A DNA stretch of 64,000 bases from Octopus vulgaris (lineage: Eukaryota), in assembly GCA_951406725.2 (NCBI GenBank), contig OX597815.1, forward strand, positions 27,156,001-27,220,000, given 5' to 3'. Numbering within the stretch: position 1 is the stretch's first letter; every line of letters starts with the position of its first letter. Below are positions 37,172 through 50,037 of this stretch, one piece after another. Both the position numbers and the translations under genes were made by a program. Below the pieces are notes generated by a model. The model did not search any database, was not told the origin of the DNA, and worked only from the letters and a program-made list of their open reading frames with translations.

Positions 37172-38848
37172 ATGCTGGTTAATCTTTGTCACAGTAGTTT
37201 AAAACCAGCGATTGTTTGTAACAAACCAACTTATGATGGCTATGAAATTAATAATCTTATACAGCAGACATCCTACCGAAACCAAGGTTTTATGGTGGAA
37301 CGATTTATCAAACCACCAGTAACTATAACGTTAAAATTCCCATGTAATGTTGAAATTTTCAAAATATGTATCAATCCCTTTGTTGGTCGACAAAAATCTC
37401 TTGGCTTTGAGGTACACACAAAATCTGAAGTTGTGAAGGATTCGTGGTTGATGAACCCCAGTCTGACACCTTCTGTTAATACAGATGGTATTTTTGTTCC
37501 AGTCGGAAGAACTCTTCTTAAAGAAGCAAAAACGTTTTGTTTCCGTAATTATAGTTTTAAAGGCCAGCGGGAAATACCCAGTACAATGCTTTGTCAATTA
37601 GAATTACCTTTGAAACACCACCAACAGAAATCTCTTACTTTTGTTAGTCACGTGTCACTGAGAATAACTCAGACAGAGGGGAGTAGTGTCCCTTGCATTG
37701 GGAAACTTGAAATATGGGCTAAACCTGTGTCAAACGGTGTCGCAAATCTCGTAAGCAAAGTTTATTCCTGTTTTGAAGAACGTTTTTTGAATGATCAGGT
37801 TTGCGAGACAGACACAGTGAACACGGACGACTTTATTAATCAAAACGCAACTTCATCTTTACCTACAAATAGCAATTCTTTTAACTTAAATGGTGTTGAT
37901 GTTCCTGAAGATTTTCTTGATCCCATTACATGTGAAATAATGACCATGCCGATGTTGTTACCTTCTGGTCAGTCTGTGGACCAATCTACATTAGCCAATT
38001 ATAATAATGCTGAATCAAGATGGGGACGAACACCAAATAACCTTTTCACTTCCATTAAATTCACTTCAACTTACAAACCTGTACCTAATACATCACTCAA
38101 AGTAAGGATTGATAAATTCCTCCTAGACAATTCTCAGCAACTTTCTGATGTACCAAGAACTATTGGTCGTGCATCGGACATACAGAATCAAGGATTGTCT
38201 ATAGAAAATAAAAGCTGGGTCCAACCTGCTCGTTTAAGAGCTGATTCTCGAAAAATGTGCAGCCAAACATTTCTTCAGCATGGTAACTCTTCAACTAAAC
38301 TTAAAGCATCATGTTCATCACTAAATAAACATCAGAATTTGGCAGCTTCAAGTTTGAACGGTCATATTAAATCTCACACAAAGCACGAAAATATCTCCAA
38401 CAGTTTTGCACAATCCAGAACTACTGATGGAAAAAATTTTCAAATGCTAACTCCTGGATTAAAGAGAAAAACTTTATCTTCTTCAAAAACTGGTGATGAT
38501 GTTGGTAACACTGCCAAAAGACAACAGACATCTGAAAGTGCTAGGGTAATTAGAGATTCACATGAGAATGATTTAAACCAAAGCCTTGAAGCTGCTTTAT
38601 CTCGAACTTTAGGTACACTTCCATCTTTCAGTACACCAGTTATGAACAGCAAAGAAATCATTGTTAAAAAATGTGCAAAATGTCAAATAAGCAATGAGGT
38701 ACATCTCTATGTGTTGCCTTGCACCCATATACTTTGTCGAAATTGTCTCAATAGTAATTACCGAAATGAGAATGGTACTATGAAATATTTTTGTTTACAG
38801 TGCAAGGATTCTTATAATTCCAAAGAGATTCAGCGACTTTATGATTGA
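37172..38848 (+). CDS. UBOX5: U-box domain-containing protein 5 / RING finger protein 37 (E3 ligase)
   Basis: 558-aa ORF with N-terminal GFMVERFIKPPV motif, U-box (VPEDFLDPITCEIMTMPMLLPSGQSVDQSTL) and C-terminal C3HC4 RING (CAKC...CTH..CRNC...CLQC); splice acceptor ttctgttatag ends at 37111, 60 nt upstream of the ATG. Confidence 0.93.
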   Translation: MLVNLCHSSLKPAIVCNKPTYDGYEINNLIQQTSYRNQGFMVERFIKPPVTITLKFPCNVEIFKICINPFVGRQKSLGFEVHTKSEVVKDSWLMNPSLTPSVNTDGIFVPVGRTLLKEAKTFCFRNYSFKGQREIPSTMLCQLELPLKHHQQKSLTFVSHVSLRITQTEGSSVPCIGKLEIWAKPVSNGVANLVSKVYSCFEERFLNDQVCETDTVNTDDFINQNATSSLPTNSNSFNLNGVDVPEDFLDPITCEIMTMPMLLPSGQSVDQSTLANYNNAESRWGRTPNNLFTSIKFTSTYKPVPNTSLKVRIDKFLLDNSQQLSDVPRTIGRASDIQNQGLSIENKSWVQPARLRADSRKMCSQTFLQHGNSSTKLKASCSSLNKHQNLAASSLNGHIKSHTKHENISNSFAQSRTTDGKNFQMLTPGLKRKTLSSSKTGDDVGNTAKRQQTSESARVIRDSHENDLNQSLEAALSRTLGTLPSFSTPVMNSKEIIVKKCAKCQISNEVHLYVLPCTHILCRNCLNSNYRNENGTMKYFCLQCKDSYNSKEIQRLYD

Positions 38849-38947
38849 TTTCTTCTCTAATATATGAATAATTTTTTTTTTTTTTTTTGTGACTTGTATA
38901 TGTTTCATACAAAGTTGAAAAGAATGTGCTTTTGCTTTGAAATTTGT

Positions 38948-38973
38948 AATAAAAATTCTTATGGTTAAATAAA
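38948..38973 (+). terminator. Candidate UBOX5 polyadenylation signals
   Basis: AATAAA at 38948 and 38968, 100-125 nt after the stop; common by chance in AT-rich DNA. Confidence 0.45.
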
Positions 38974-39949
38974 CTTTCGAAAATACATCCTAAAACTTAA
39001 GCCAGTGATGGGAACTTCGTGATTACGTAACCTGCTAGAAATAGCAACCAAATCTACCTCAAATTACATTTTGCCAATGTAAAAATGGGCACATTTGATT
39101 ATATGGCTAAGAGCATATTGTATTTTTAAAAATGCTGGAATGGCCCTTTCATCAAAGCTGACTTGAGGCTAAGAAACAACTCATAAAACAATTCCATTTT
39201 ATTCAAAATAGAAACAATTGAGTGTGTGAGAGGGAGAGAGATGAAAATTTAATAAACCATTAGTTTGGATATTAAATTCCAAATGATTTCAGTTTAATCA
39301 ATTCATACATTATAAATGATGACAGATATTCAAAAATAATGATTAAATGAGAAGTATTTTTAAACATTGAGCTTTGATATTCATTACTCTTGATTTTGAT
39401 AATCCGTCATATATCACCATAATCATCATCATCATCATCGTTTAACGTCCGTTTTCCGCGCTAGCATGGGTTGGACGGTTCGACCAGGGTCTGGGGAGCC
39501 AGGGGCTGCCCCAGGCTCCAGTCTGATCTGGCAGTGTTTCTACAGCTGGATGCCCTTCCTAACGCCAACCACTCTGCGAGTGTAGTGGGTGCTTTTTACG
39601 TGCCACCTGCACAGGTGCCAGAGGGGTCTGGCATTGGCCACGATCGGTTGGTGCTTTTTTTTATGTGCCACCGGCACAGAAGCCAGTCAAGGCGGTGCTG
39701 GCATCGGCCACGTTCGGATGGTGCTTTTTATGTGCCACCGGCACAGAAGCCATTTAACACCCAAGTGATTGGCATTAGGAAGGACATCCAACCATAGAAG
39801 TCACATAAAGCCAATGCTGGAGCTTGAGATTGTCCTGCAACTTGTTGGATCCTGAAAAACATATCCAACTCATAGTGAGGGTTATGTGTGTGTGTGTGTG
39901 TGTGTGTGTACATGTGTTTATGTGTGCATGCACTTAAGTAAGCAGTAAA

Positions 39950-40085
39950 CCTCATCTGATATGTGGCATTTGGTCAATGAGGGAATTTGATGCCGCTGCC
40001 CTCATCTGTGTTTCCTGCCATGAGGTAGGCTCGTCTGGAACCCTTGACAGGAAGAGATCCAGTTTTGTTTTAAAGACACGTACCA
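39950..40085 (-). mobile_element. LINE 3'-end fragment
   Basis: FKTKLDLFLSRVPDEPT...RAAASNSL C-terminal motif typical of CR1/Jockey-group elements. Confidence 0.6.
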
Positions 40086-42835
40086 TGCAGGTTTCTCCTA
40101 AGGTGGCTCCTAACACTAGGGTCAAATGACTTGAAGAACCATTCTTCAAATATGCTGGCTGTCATCCATGACCTGGTTGGGTGTTTGTAAAATGCTGGTA
40201 GATTGTTCATGTTTACATGGTGGAAGCACTTGGGTGATCGAAACTTGCCCACAACCAGGGGTTTAAGCTTGTGAGTGCCTGTCCCATTGCAGGCAAAGAG
40301 GATGGCAAGTCTGTTCTTTGCCTGTTTGTAGCCCAAAGTCTTATGAACATTTGTTATTACTGCTAGAGTGTTGTTTGGTAGCATCTTCCAGTAGAGGCCG
40401 GACTCATATGCATTGTACAGTTGTTCTGGGGTGAGGGACTCTTCTTCCAAATGCTGCTTCAGGGTAGCAGGGAAGTCATCTGCAGCTTGGCTGATCTCTG
40501 CTCCCCACTGATCTTGACAGCGCCTATACCATGGCGCTTGTTGGCTAGAAAGGTCTGCTGGTCAAGCTGGTCAGGTTGCTCTGGATGCAGTTGGCTATGA
40601 ACCTTCTCTACCTGGGTTTTGATAATGGTGCCTGACAGTGGGGTGTCACCACTCTGCTTTTGGACAAACCAGGTGAGAACTGCTTTCTCAAGTCCACTGT
40701 CAGTGGCAGTCCTGGCCTTCTTCCTAGCTAGGCCCTCACTGTCCACAACTGTATTTACATAACTCCTGAGGTTAGCCTCATCCTAATCCCAGCCATGCAG
40801 GGTGGACTCTCTTGATAGTTTGGCTTTGATTTCACTATTTCATATGTGGTCAATCAGATTTAACTTTTCCTTTACAGAATAGGATTTCCTCTTAGGCATT
40901 GTGTGTACATATGGTAATTTTTTTTTAAATATCTGCAAAATAGATTGAAATTGTAATGAATGAAGTGGAATATGGTCTCCCTTTTATATAAATTGTACCT
41001 CCAGAGTGTTAATTACTTCCTTTAAATATTAATTTGTTTGACTCATTTGAACCTTTTGATTGGCAGAAGCTTCTTCAAACAATCCAAACAAATCATTATC
41101 ATCATCATCATCATCATTGTTTAATGTCCACTTTCCATGCTAGCATGGGTTGGACGATTTGACTGAGGTCTGGTGAACCAGATGGCTTTACCAGTCTCCA
41201 ATCTGATCTGGCAGAGTTTCTACAGCTGGATGCCCTTCCTAATGCCAACCACTCCAAGAGTGTAGTGGGTGCTTTTATGTGCCACTGGCACAAGGGCCAG
41301 TCAGGCGGTACTGGCAATGGCCACGCTCAAATGGTGCTTTTTATGTGTCACCTGCACAGGAGCCAGTCCAGCGGCACTGGTAACGACCTCGCTCGAGTGC
41401 TTTTTCACGTGCCACCAGCACAAGTGCCAGAAAGGCGATGCAGGTAACGATCACGCTCGAATGGTATTTTTTACATGCCACCGGCATGGAGGCCAGCTTA
41501 TTGCTCTTGCACGCTCGTATGGTACTCTTAGCACTCCACTAGCACGGATGCCAGTCATCGAATTTGATTTTGATTTCACTTGCCTCAACAGGTCTTCACA
41601 AGCAGGGTTTAGTGTCCAATGAAGGAAAGGTATGCATAAGTAGGCTGGTTATATCCCTGGCATAGGCCACAATGTTATGGTCTCACTTGGGCTTGCCGAG
41701 TCTTCTCAAGCACAGCATATTTCCAAAGGTTCTGGTCACTAGTCATTGCTTCAGTGAGGCCCAATGTTCGAAGGTCATGCTTCACCACCTCATCCCAGGT
41801 TTTCCTGGGTCAACCTCTTCCACAGGTTCCCTCAACCGCTAGGGTGTGGCACTTTTTCACACAGCTATCCACATCCATTCTTGCCACATGACCATACCAG
41901 CACAGTCGTCTCTCTTGCACACCACATCTGATGCTTCTTAGGTCCAACTTTTCTCTCAAGGTACTAACACTCTGTCGAGTATGCACACTGACATTACACA
42001 TCCATCGGATCATACTTGCTTTATTCCTTGTGAGCTTGCCCATGTTTCACTGCCATGTAGCCTGTCTGTTTGTACACATGTGTCATACAGTCTGCCTTTT
42101 ATTCTGAGCGAGAGGCCCTTTGTCACCAGGAGAGGTAAGAGCTCCCTAAACTTTGTCCAGGCTATTCTTATTCTAGCAGCTACACTTTCAGCACACTCTC
42201 CGCCGCTACTGACTTGGTCACCTAGGTAATGGAAGCCATCAACTACTTCTAGTTTTTCTCCCTGAAATGTGGCAGAAGTTGTTCTCTGCACATTTTCAGT
42301 GTTATTTATAGCTCCTGAGCATCTGCCACATACAAAAGCTATCTTCCCAGTTAGCCTTCCTTTGATATTGTTGCACCTCTTATGTGTCCATACACTGGGT
42401 ACATCTTATAGAGTTTCTACCTATGCCTTTTCTACAGATTGAGCAGGGCCATCTACCTGAAGGGATTTGTGGTTTGCCTGCCTTCCTATTTATTAGGACT
42501 TCAGTTTTAGCTAGGTTGACTCTAAGTCCCGAAAGACAAACAGTCAAAAGTGCACACTGGTCACAAAAGTGTTGTTTTCATCTCAAAATCAAAGAAATTA
42601 TGCACATGAAACATGTAATTAGCACCCAATTATATGGTAACTGATTGCAATATTTATTTTCAAGCTGTTGATTAAGATACGTATTTCGTTGAAATTCTGC
42701 TTTTAATCAATGTTTTTGCAAGTTGTGGGTGATAATGAAGGAAATTCTGCTTCAAATTATTTGGGGTCCATCAAACCACCCACATTATATGCATGGATGC
42801 AGTATAGCATGACACCTTATAAAGAGGGAGTACTG
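40086..42835 (-). mobile_element. Tigger/pogo DNA transposon relic interrupted by an RTE
   Basis: TA|CAGTACTCCCTCT terminus at 42835; transposase from ATG 40899 (MPKRKSYSVKEKL), CENP-B HTH (LEKAVLTWF) and decayed DDE (YNAYESGLYW, GTHKLKPLVVGK). Confidence 0.8.
41095..42530 (-). mobile_element. RTE-clade LINE, 5'-truncated, with long structured 3' UTR
   Basis: GLRVNLAKT, WPCSICRKGIG, FHYLGD, HGSETW and RRLCWYGHV motifs; the 3' UTR ends in the common tail plus (GAT)n. Confidence 0.88.
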
Positions 42836-43167
42836 TATTTATTTTATCAACTCTAAAATGATTAAAGGCAAAGTCGACTTTGGTGGAATGTGAAGTCAGA
42901 ATGTAAAGATGAACAAAATGCCCCTAAGCAGTTTGCCTAGCACGCCAACAATTCTGCCAGCTCATCACCTTATTTTAAGAATACGTATAACCTGTATTTT
43001 TCAGTCTGAGAAAAATATTTTGTTTCTTATCTTATTGTTGTGAAAACAATAAGCATGATTCTTAAGTAAACAGTGAATTCTGAGAAACAAAATAAGATTT
43101 TGAGTTATTTTGTGTTTTTTTACATGTATAAACAAGTCAAAAAACCACTCCCTGGTCAGACTTTTAG

Positions 43168-44095
43168 TGTTGCTCCTGTAGCATACACTCAAGTGAAATT
43201 CCTCTCTCCCCTTTATTATATATATGTGCATTCGAATGTAGCAGGTAACAGCTAGCCTTTGCCTGCTATTTGGACCCCGGTGTGTCCACTACTCTGGTTG
43301 GTATTGGGGCAATTTGTCTCTTACTCTGTCGCACCAATTTGCAGCGTATAACCATTTAGAGCCTCTAAATAAAATCACAAGACAGCCTGTTCTCAACCCA
43401 ATTTTGAGCCTACAGCTCCTTATAACTCACCTCCTCCTTTCAAGGTCTTTCACTTCCAGATCTTTTTAGACCACACAAGACACAGCCAGTTCCAGCAACG
43501 ACACCACAGCAGCCATGTTGAGACTTACCAACTTCATCCAACAACATTATGGCAGCATCCTTTTTTGTTGTCACAGTTATGTTTTCTGCGTTGTCAACAT
43601 CATTTCTTTACACACACATCTCAACCAGCAGCTCAGGTTCCAGTACTTCACTGTTTGTGAAGTACTTCACCATGGATCAACAGCGAATATACAACCTGTA
43701 AGAACTCCTGTACCAAGTGACCCTGGCAGCAGCATCACAGCCACGACTTCACGTATGACATGTACCTGCAACCAGCCCAGCATCATGGCCACAACTTCTT
43801 GATACAGTATTTCAACTACCATGTACAAGCTGGTATTCTCAATCTTGTGTCTATGAACTTCTCACTTCGATGGCTATAGACTCTTTCACTGTCTTCTTTT
43901 TCATTACCATAATTATATGTTCTTCACATGTGCATACATCTGTGCTTACACACATATATTTTGTTCTCATGATGGCCTGTCTATTATTCTGTATACATGA
44001 TGCACACACAGACACACCTGTTAACATATCAATAAATTTTCTGTTAACCATTCTATGTGGTTGTCTCCTTTTTTCTCTCTGGCACTTACATGTAC
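43168..44095. repeat. Long non-coding dispersed repeat, possible solo LTR (copy 1)
   Basis: Colinear with 62826-63715 over about 900 bp; both begin TGTTGCT; no TSD confirmed. Confidence 0.7.
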
Positions 44096-44500
44096 TATCC
44101 AATTTACATTTATTGTATCAACCATGTGATGTACTAAAGAGACATTCTTGTCACCTTGCATTACATGGTCTTTACACTCCTATAAAAATGGCTGCTCAGT
44201 CTTCAGCCAAAAGCAAGTTCATAATTTTGAAGAACCTATAAAGTAGAAAATGTGAAATAACAATAATTCTAATATTTACATCATCATCGTTTAACGTCCG
44301 TTCTCCATGCTAGCATGGGTTGGACGGTTCGACCGGGGATCTGGGAAGCCAGAAGGCTGCACCAGGCTCCAGTCAGATCTGGCAGTGTTTCTACAGCTGG
44401 ATGCCCTTCCTAACGCTAACCACTCCGTGAGTGTAGTGGGTGCTTTTTATGTGCCACCTGCACATAAATGGTTACATAAATGAAATTTATCATGCAAAAG

Positions 44501-46650
44501 ATAGTAGATTTCTTAGTTGATAATTCTTCTGCGAAGTGAATGTATGATGGAGGTTATTTTGATCTGTAGTTTCAAGTTTAAGTAAGCGCATATTTTCCAC
44601 GTGTATATTCTGGCTAGACTTTTCACCGGCAGTGTAAAGAAAGGGGGTTAAATCTAACTCATGGTGAAAAGGGGGCTAACTCTATCCCGATTACACAGTC
44701 CGGGGTAAGGAATTTATGTGTCTTTTGGACTTGAAGTTGTAGGAAGTTCATAGTGACTGACCTGGTGGGCATTTATTTGCTATCATACATACAGGATGAA
44801 TTCCCAGAACTCAAGAGTAGATTATACAAGGATGACGCACTTTTTATAATAAATAAACCCTCAAATAGGAAACTAGAACTTATAAAAAAAACTACACAAT
44901 TTCTTTAAAAGATTTGGACTATCTACTTCTATAGAAAAGAAACACAACACCATTAACTACTTAGACACAAACTGCAACTTAGCCACAGGACTCCATAAAC
45001 CCTATATAAAACGCAACTAACCTCAAATACATAAATGTATCCAGTAACCATCCGAACTTTATTAAGAGAAGTTTAGTACATAGCATTCCAACCAATATAT
45101 TTTTAATAAGCATAAGGAAATCTATAATATCGCACTACATAAAGCAGGATTTAAACAAAAAATTAAAAACCTAGACACCAATCACTATACAAATAACCTA
45201 AATAACAGAAATCCTCACGATAATACAATTAACACTAACCACACACCAAACATAACTACAAACTACACCAACAATAAGAACAGCATAGATAAGCTCAACA
45301 AAAATAATAACAATAGAAATAATGTCAAGTCCCATGCACAAATCACCAATAATAACCTAGCTACCATCATAGCCTCGATTGATAATAAAAAAACTAGACA
45401 CATTCTATGAACCTAGGGAAATTAGGAACAATAAATCTAACAACCAACATACTAATAGAACAAATCCCACCACTAATGAAGCGCCTCCAAGTAACACAGA
45501 CGAAGACCAGAGTAGTAATAGCTCGCCACAACATAACACGAACACAGATATGCCTAATAATTTATGTGGCTGCAGGGATAGAAGTAAGTGCCAATTCTCT
45601 AATAGATGTAAGACTAAAAACGTAGTTTACCTATGTGACGTACACACAAATGGCCATATAAAGTCCTATATAAGAGCCACGAAAAACCAAATGATACTTA
45701 GGTACAACACACACCAATCTAGCTTCAGAAATAGGAGTAAGGCAAGTTCAACAGGGCTTAGTAGCTATATCTGGGAGCTTAAGGACACAAAAATAGAATA
45801 TAGATTAGAATGGCGCATACTCACAAAAACAACTTACAACTCTACCAATAGACGGTGCAAACTCTGTTTAACTGAACACCTGGAAATTCTAGCGGCTAAA
45901 CTGCCTCTTCTTAATAGAAAATACGAGAACAGTATTTTTTGTCTATATATAGGCCTCTTTGTCTTTTCCAAGTACCAGTAAACCCGCTTGACCCTGTACA
46001 AATCCTACGCTAGCTTTTTCATCTAAATAATCCCATTTAGCCGGGAACCACTTAAACTACTTACACACAAACATTCACTTCCCAACCACCACTCGCTTTA
46101 CACACCCCATAATAAATTATTTTACATTACACAGGGCTTCCTCCATTACTACGAACTTCCTGCAATTTCAAATCCAAAAGACACATAGATTCCTTACTGG
46201 ACTGAGTAATCCAGATAGAGTTAGCCCCCTTTTCACCATGAGTTAGAGTTAGCCCCCTTCCTTTACACCGCCAGTGAAAAATCTAGCTAGAATAAACACG
46301 TGGAAAATATGCACTTACTTAAACTTGGGTCTACAGATCAAAATAACCTCCATCCTACATCCACTTCACAGCAGAATTATCAACTAAGAAATCTACTATA
46401 AAGTAAGACTCGCCATTCTTTGTCTTTATTCTTGTTACCAATATATCCCTATGTCTTTCGCTCTTCTTACTTCTACATATGACTATGCATTCTGATGATG
46501 TCTGCCACTACAACTGGTTAAACAGAAACAATCGTAAATGTACTATTACTACCACTTTTCTTTATTAATTAATTAAATTAATGGCTTACTAGCACAAACG
46601 ACCAACTTCTTCCTGATATTTTTCCTCCATTTTCTTCTTGCATATAATTT
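44501..46650 (+). mobile_element. Penelope-like element 1 with inverted pseudo-LTR
   Basis: 44501-44756 is an inverted copy of 46146-46399; decayed RT (DLVGIYLL..LYKDDAL, INYLD, SNHP) followed by GIY-YIG (KNVVY..SYIR..STGLSSYIWELK..CKLCLTE). Confidence 0.88.
46486..46542 (+). ncRNA. Type I hammerhead ribozyme motif
   Basis: TGCATT-CTGATGA-stem II-GAAA-C-aatc-GTA-AATGTA; 6-bp stem I, intact core, GUA cleavage triplet. Confidence 0.78.
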
Positions 46651-46789
46651 AAACTATGGTTTACCCACTGAATTACCTGCTACCATATACCTGTTTCCAA
46701 GGACTGTACGTATGCAGTTAATCACCAGGAGCACCTTTAGATTTAACCATCCCTTAGAGGTTTTAAACACCTCTAACTTATACCTATAT

Positions 46790-46804
46790 GCATTTATATG
46801 TATA

Positions 46805-46855
<51 letters not shown>

Positions 46856-46894
46856 ATATATATATATGTACATATATATATATATATATACACA

Positions 46895-46946
<52 letters not shown>

Positions 46947-47043
46947 TATATAGGCATGTATATTGTATATGTATATATATATGTAAACACACACACACAT
47001 ATATATATATACACTTACATACATGTGTATGTATACATATATA

Positions 47044-47079
<36 letters not shown>

Positions 47080-47085
47080 CACATA
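46790..47085. repeat. Compound (TA)n/(CA)n microsatellite
   Basis: Direct reading. Other long tracts: (TA)n 30549-30608, (TG)n 48958-49024 and 55905-56040, (GAT/GAC)n 58789-58892, (TTA)n 60304-60381. Confidence 0.95.
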
Positions 47086-47089
47086 AATG

Positions 47090-47800
47090 AGATATGCATT
47101 GTTGAAGTTTTGTAGTAACACTTATTCCAAGAACACATACTTAAAGTTTATGTATCTTCCACAAAAAGTGAATGTATTTGCACTTTCAAAGGGGCTCTGT
47201 CCATGTTATAAAGCCTATTAGTGGGGTTAAATAATATTGTAAGATGGTGAAATTTGGGAAATCGTCTGCATTTAGTACCTAATAGTTAAGTTGTTATTTT
47301 CAAGGAAGTTGGAGGTATTTGAAATTTCACAGAGGATGTTTTCCTCCCTTTAAGCCCCCCAATCACAATGGAAAGGAAATTTTATGTAGTGCATTGTCTT
47401 TCTTGTAAAATTTTACACAAGAACACATACTTTGTTTTTATGTATCTTCTATTCCCTTTTGTCCTATAGATGTACAGACTCACAGACGTTAAGCTTTATT
47501 ATATAGAAGATATATATAAAGATGAGAATGTGTGTCTGTCTGTGTGAATCCTTAAAACTCGAGAACTACACAACCAATTTCATTCAAATTTTACACATGC
47601 CTTACTTACAGTCCATGCAGTGTCATGGGCCAAAATAATTTTCAACTTCTTGCCTAATGTGAGCCCAGAGCAATCTCTTATCTCTTACACTATTTCAGTA
47701 TTACATGTCAAAAGTGAAACAATAATATCTCTATTGTAATGTGAGATACTTTTAGGTTAATAGTTTCACTATTAATATTCAAACTATGAAAATGAAACTA
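47090..47800. mobile_element. Two Helitron-like relics arranged head-to-head at about 47510
   Basis: Minus-strand tcttctatataataaag..gtctgt start abuts a plus-strand atatataaag..gtgtgtctgtctgt start; 3' ends not seen. Confidence 0.45.
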
Positions 47801-47813
47801 TTCTCTCACATAT

Positions 47814-47845
<32 letters not shown>

Positions 47846-47857
47846 GTATGTATGTGT

Positions 47858-47925
<68 letters not shown>

Positions 47926-48190
47926 TCATCATCATTGTTTAACATTCACTTTCCATGGGTTGGACGATTTGACTGAGGTCTGGCAAACCAGATGTCTGCA
48001 TCAGACTCCAATCTGATCTGGCAGAGTTTCTACAGCTGGATGCCCTTCCTAACGCCAACCACTCTGAGAGTGTAGTGGGTGCTTTTACATGCCACCGGCA
48101 CGAGGGCCAGTTGGGTGGTACTGGCAATAGCCACGCTCAAATGGTGTTTTTTATGTGCCACCTGCGCAGGAGTCAGTCCAGATACACACA

Positions 48191-48241
<51 letters not shown>

Positions 48242-48957
48242 ATATATATATATATTTGTATATGTGTGTGTGTGTGTGTGTGTTTACACGAGAACACATA
48301 CTTTGTTTTTATGTATCTTCTATTCCCTTTTGTCCTATAGATGTACAGACAAGATGGCTGCATCAGACTCCAATCTGATCTGGCAGAGTTTCTACAGCTG
48401 GATGCCCTTCCTAACGCCAACCACTCTGAGAGTGTAGTGGGTGGCACGTAAAAGCACCATCCGTTCGTGTCCGTTGCCAGCATCGCCTGGCCCCGTGCCG
48501 GTGACACATAAAAGCACCATCTGTTCGTGGCCGTTCGCCAGCTCTGTCTGGCACCTGTGCAGGTGGCACGTAAAAACACCCACTACACTCGCGGAGTGGT
48601 TGGCGTTAGGAAGGGCATCCAGCCGTAGAAACACTGCCAGATCTGACTGGGCCTGACGAAGCCTTCCAGCTTCACAGACCCCAGTTGACCCGTCCAACCC
48701 ATGCTAGCATGGAAAGCGGACGCTAAATGATGATGATGATGATGATGATGATATATTTGTATATATATGTGTGTGTGTTTGTGTATGTATGTATGTATCA
48801 TCATCATCATCGTTTATTGCTGCCACAGTCTCAAATGGATATTGTCTGTCATAGATGTTTGGCGGATACATTAAAGATTTCACTTCCAACATATTAAATC
48901 TTGTAGAACTTATAAAAACTTTAATCAATTTAAATTCATACTTTATTTCTTATTTAG

Positions 48958-49025
<68 letters not shown>

Positions 49026-49903
49026 CTTTTATTTATTAGAATTCTTCTTTGATAGAAGAAGCTAGTTTCTAACACCATAACCAAATTTCACTCCTAACGT
49101 ATTGGACAACCCAATGCTATAGGGTGTCATAACAGGTTCGAATTCAGAATTAAAAGCGTACGAAAAGAACTCATTCGTCTCTAATTTGGAGAGCTTGTAT
49201 CAATGTAAAGAAAAAGAGAATAAATAAAGGAATAAAATGTTCTAAAATTACAGCTCAAGATCGTAAAACGAGGATGTATGTACTATTGCAAACCTAGCTA
49301 TTTTCACTGCGTGTGTATTGTCCCCTACATGTCTACGTCTCACGGTCTAATCGTGTATGTGCGTATGTGTGTGAAGTAGTGGTGGGGAGGGACTAATTAA
49401 GTGTTTACGTGCGTCCTACAACGTGAGGGTAAGTTACGTAAAAGATTTATATACATCCGCCTTTAAAGAATTAAGAAAACCTTTTAACCAATGACAATCG
49501 TGTTCCAAATCATTTTGACAATACATTTACATTGCGAAGGCATATCTATGCAGTCGCTTGACCTGCTAGAAATAGCAGCCATATCTCACCACTCATACCC
49601 GCTACATACTTTTAAAAAAATAGTGATGACGTTGCCAGTACAAGCATTACAGAACATTAGCGATCCATTATTATAATTCAAGCACTTCCACGTTGTCAAA
49701 TTCGCTGGTATCAGCTTATTTAGCGGCTACGAAATAGTTTTATTCATTTAAGATGCCGTTCTGTGGCTAACTAGTTGTTCTAAGCAGAACGACGGACTTC
49801 CTTCACTTTCCGTCTACCAAATCCACTCGCAAGGCTTTGGTCGGCCCGAGGCTATTGTAGAAGACACATGCCCAAAGTGCCACGCAGTGGGACAAAACCG
49901 GAA

Positions 49904-50037
49904 CTCTAGCGTAGCGGTGGTGGTGAGGAGGGGGCGTCCGGGCAGCACTTTTAAAGGGGCGGTACTTTTGGGTGTGCTGTGGATAATATATTTTTTTGTG
50001 GTATCCGGGGTCGGCCCACACTCTAGCGACGCTACTG
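49904..50037. mobile_element. hAT-type MITE nested in a family-A SINE (49800-50092, minus)
   Basis: 8-bp TSD aaccggaa/acccggaa; imperfect TIR ctctagcgtagc / gcgacgctactg; the SINE head resumes on both sides. Confidence 0.65.

Noticed and set aside
46654-47138. Many [16 protein letters not shown] ORFs here and elsewhere
   Set aside because: Translations of TA, TG and AAT microsatellites.
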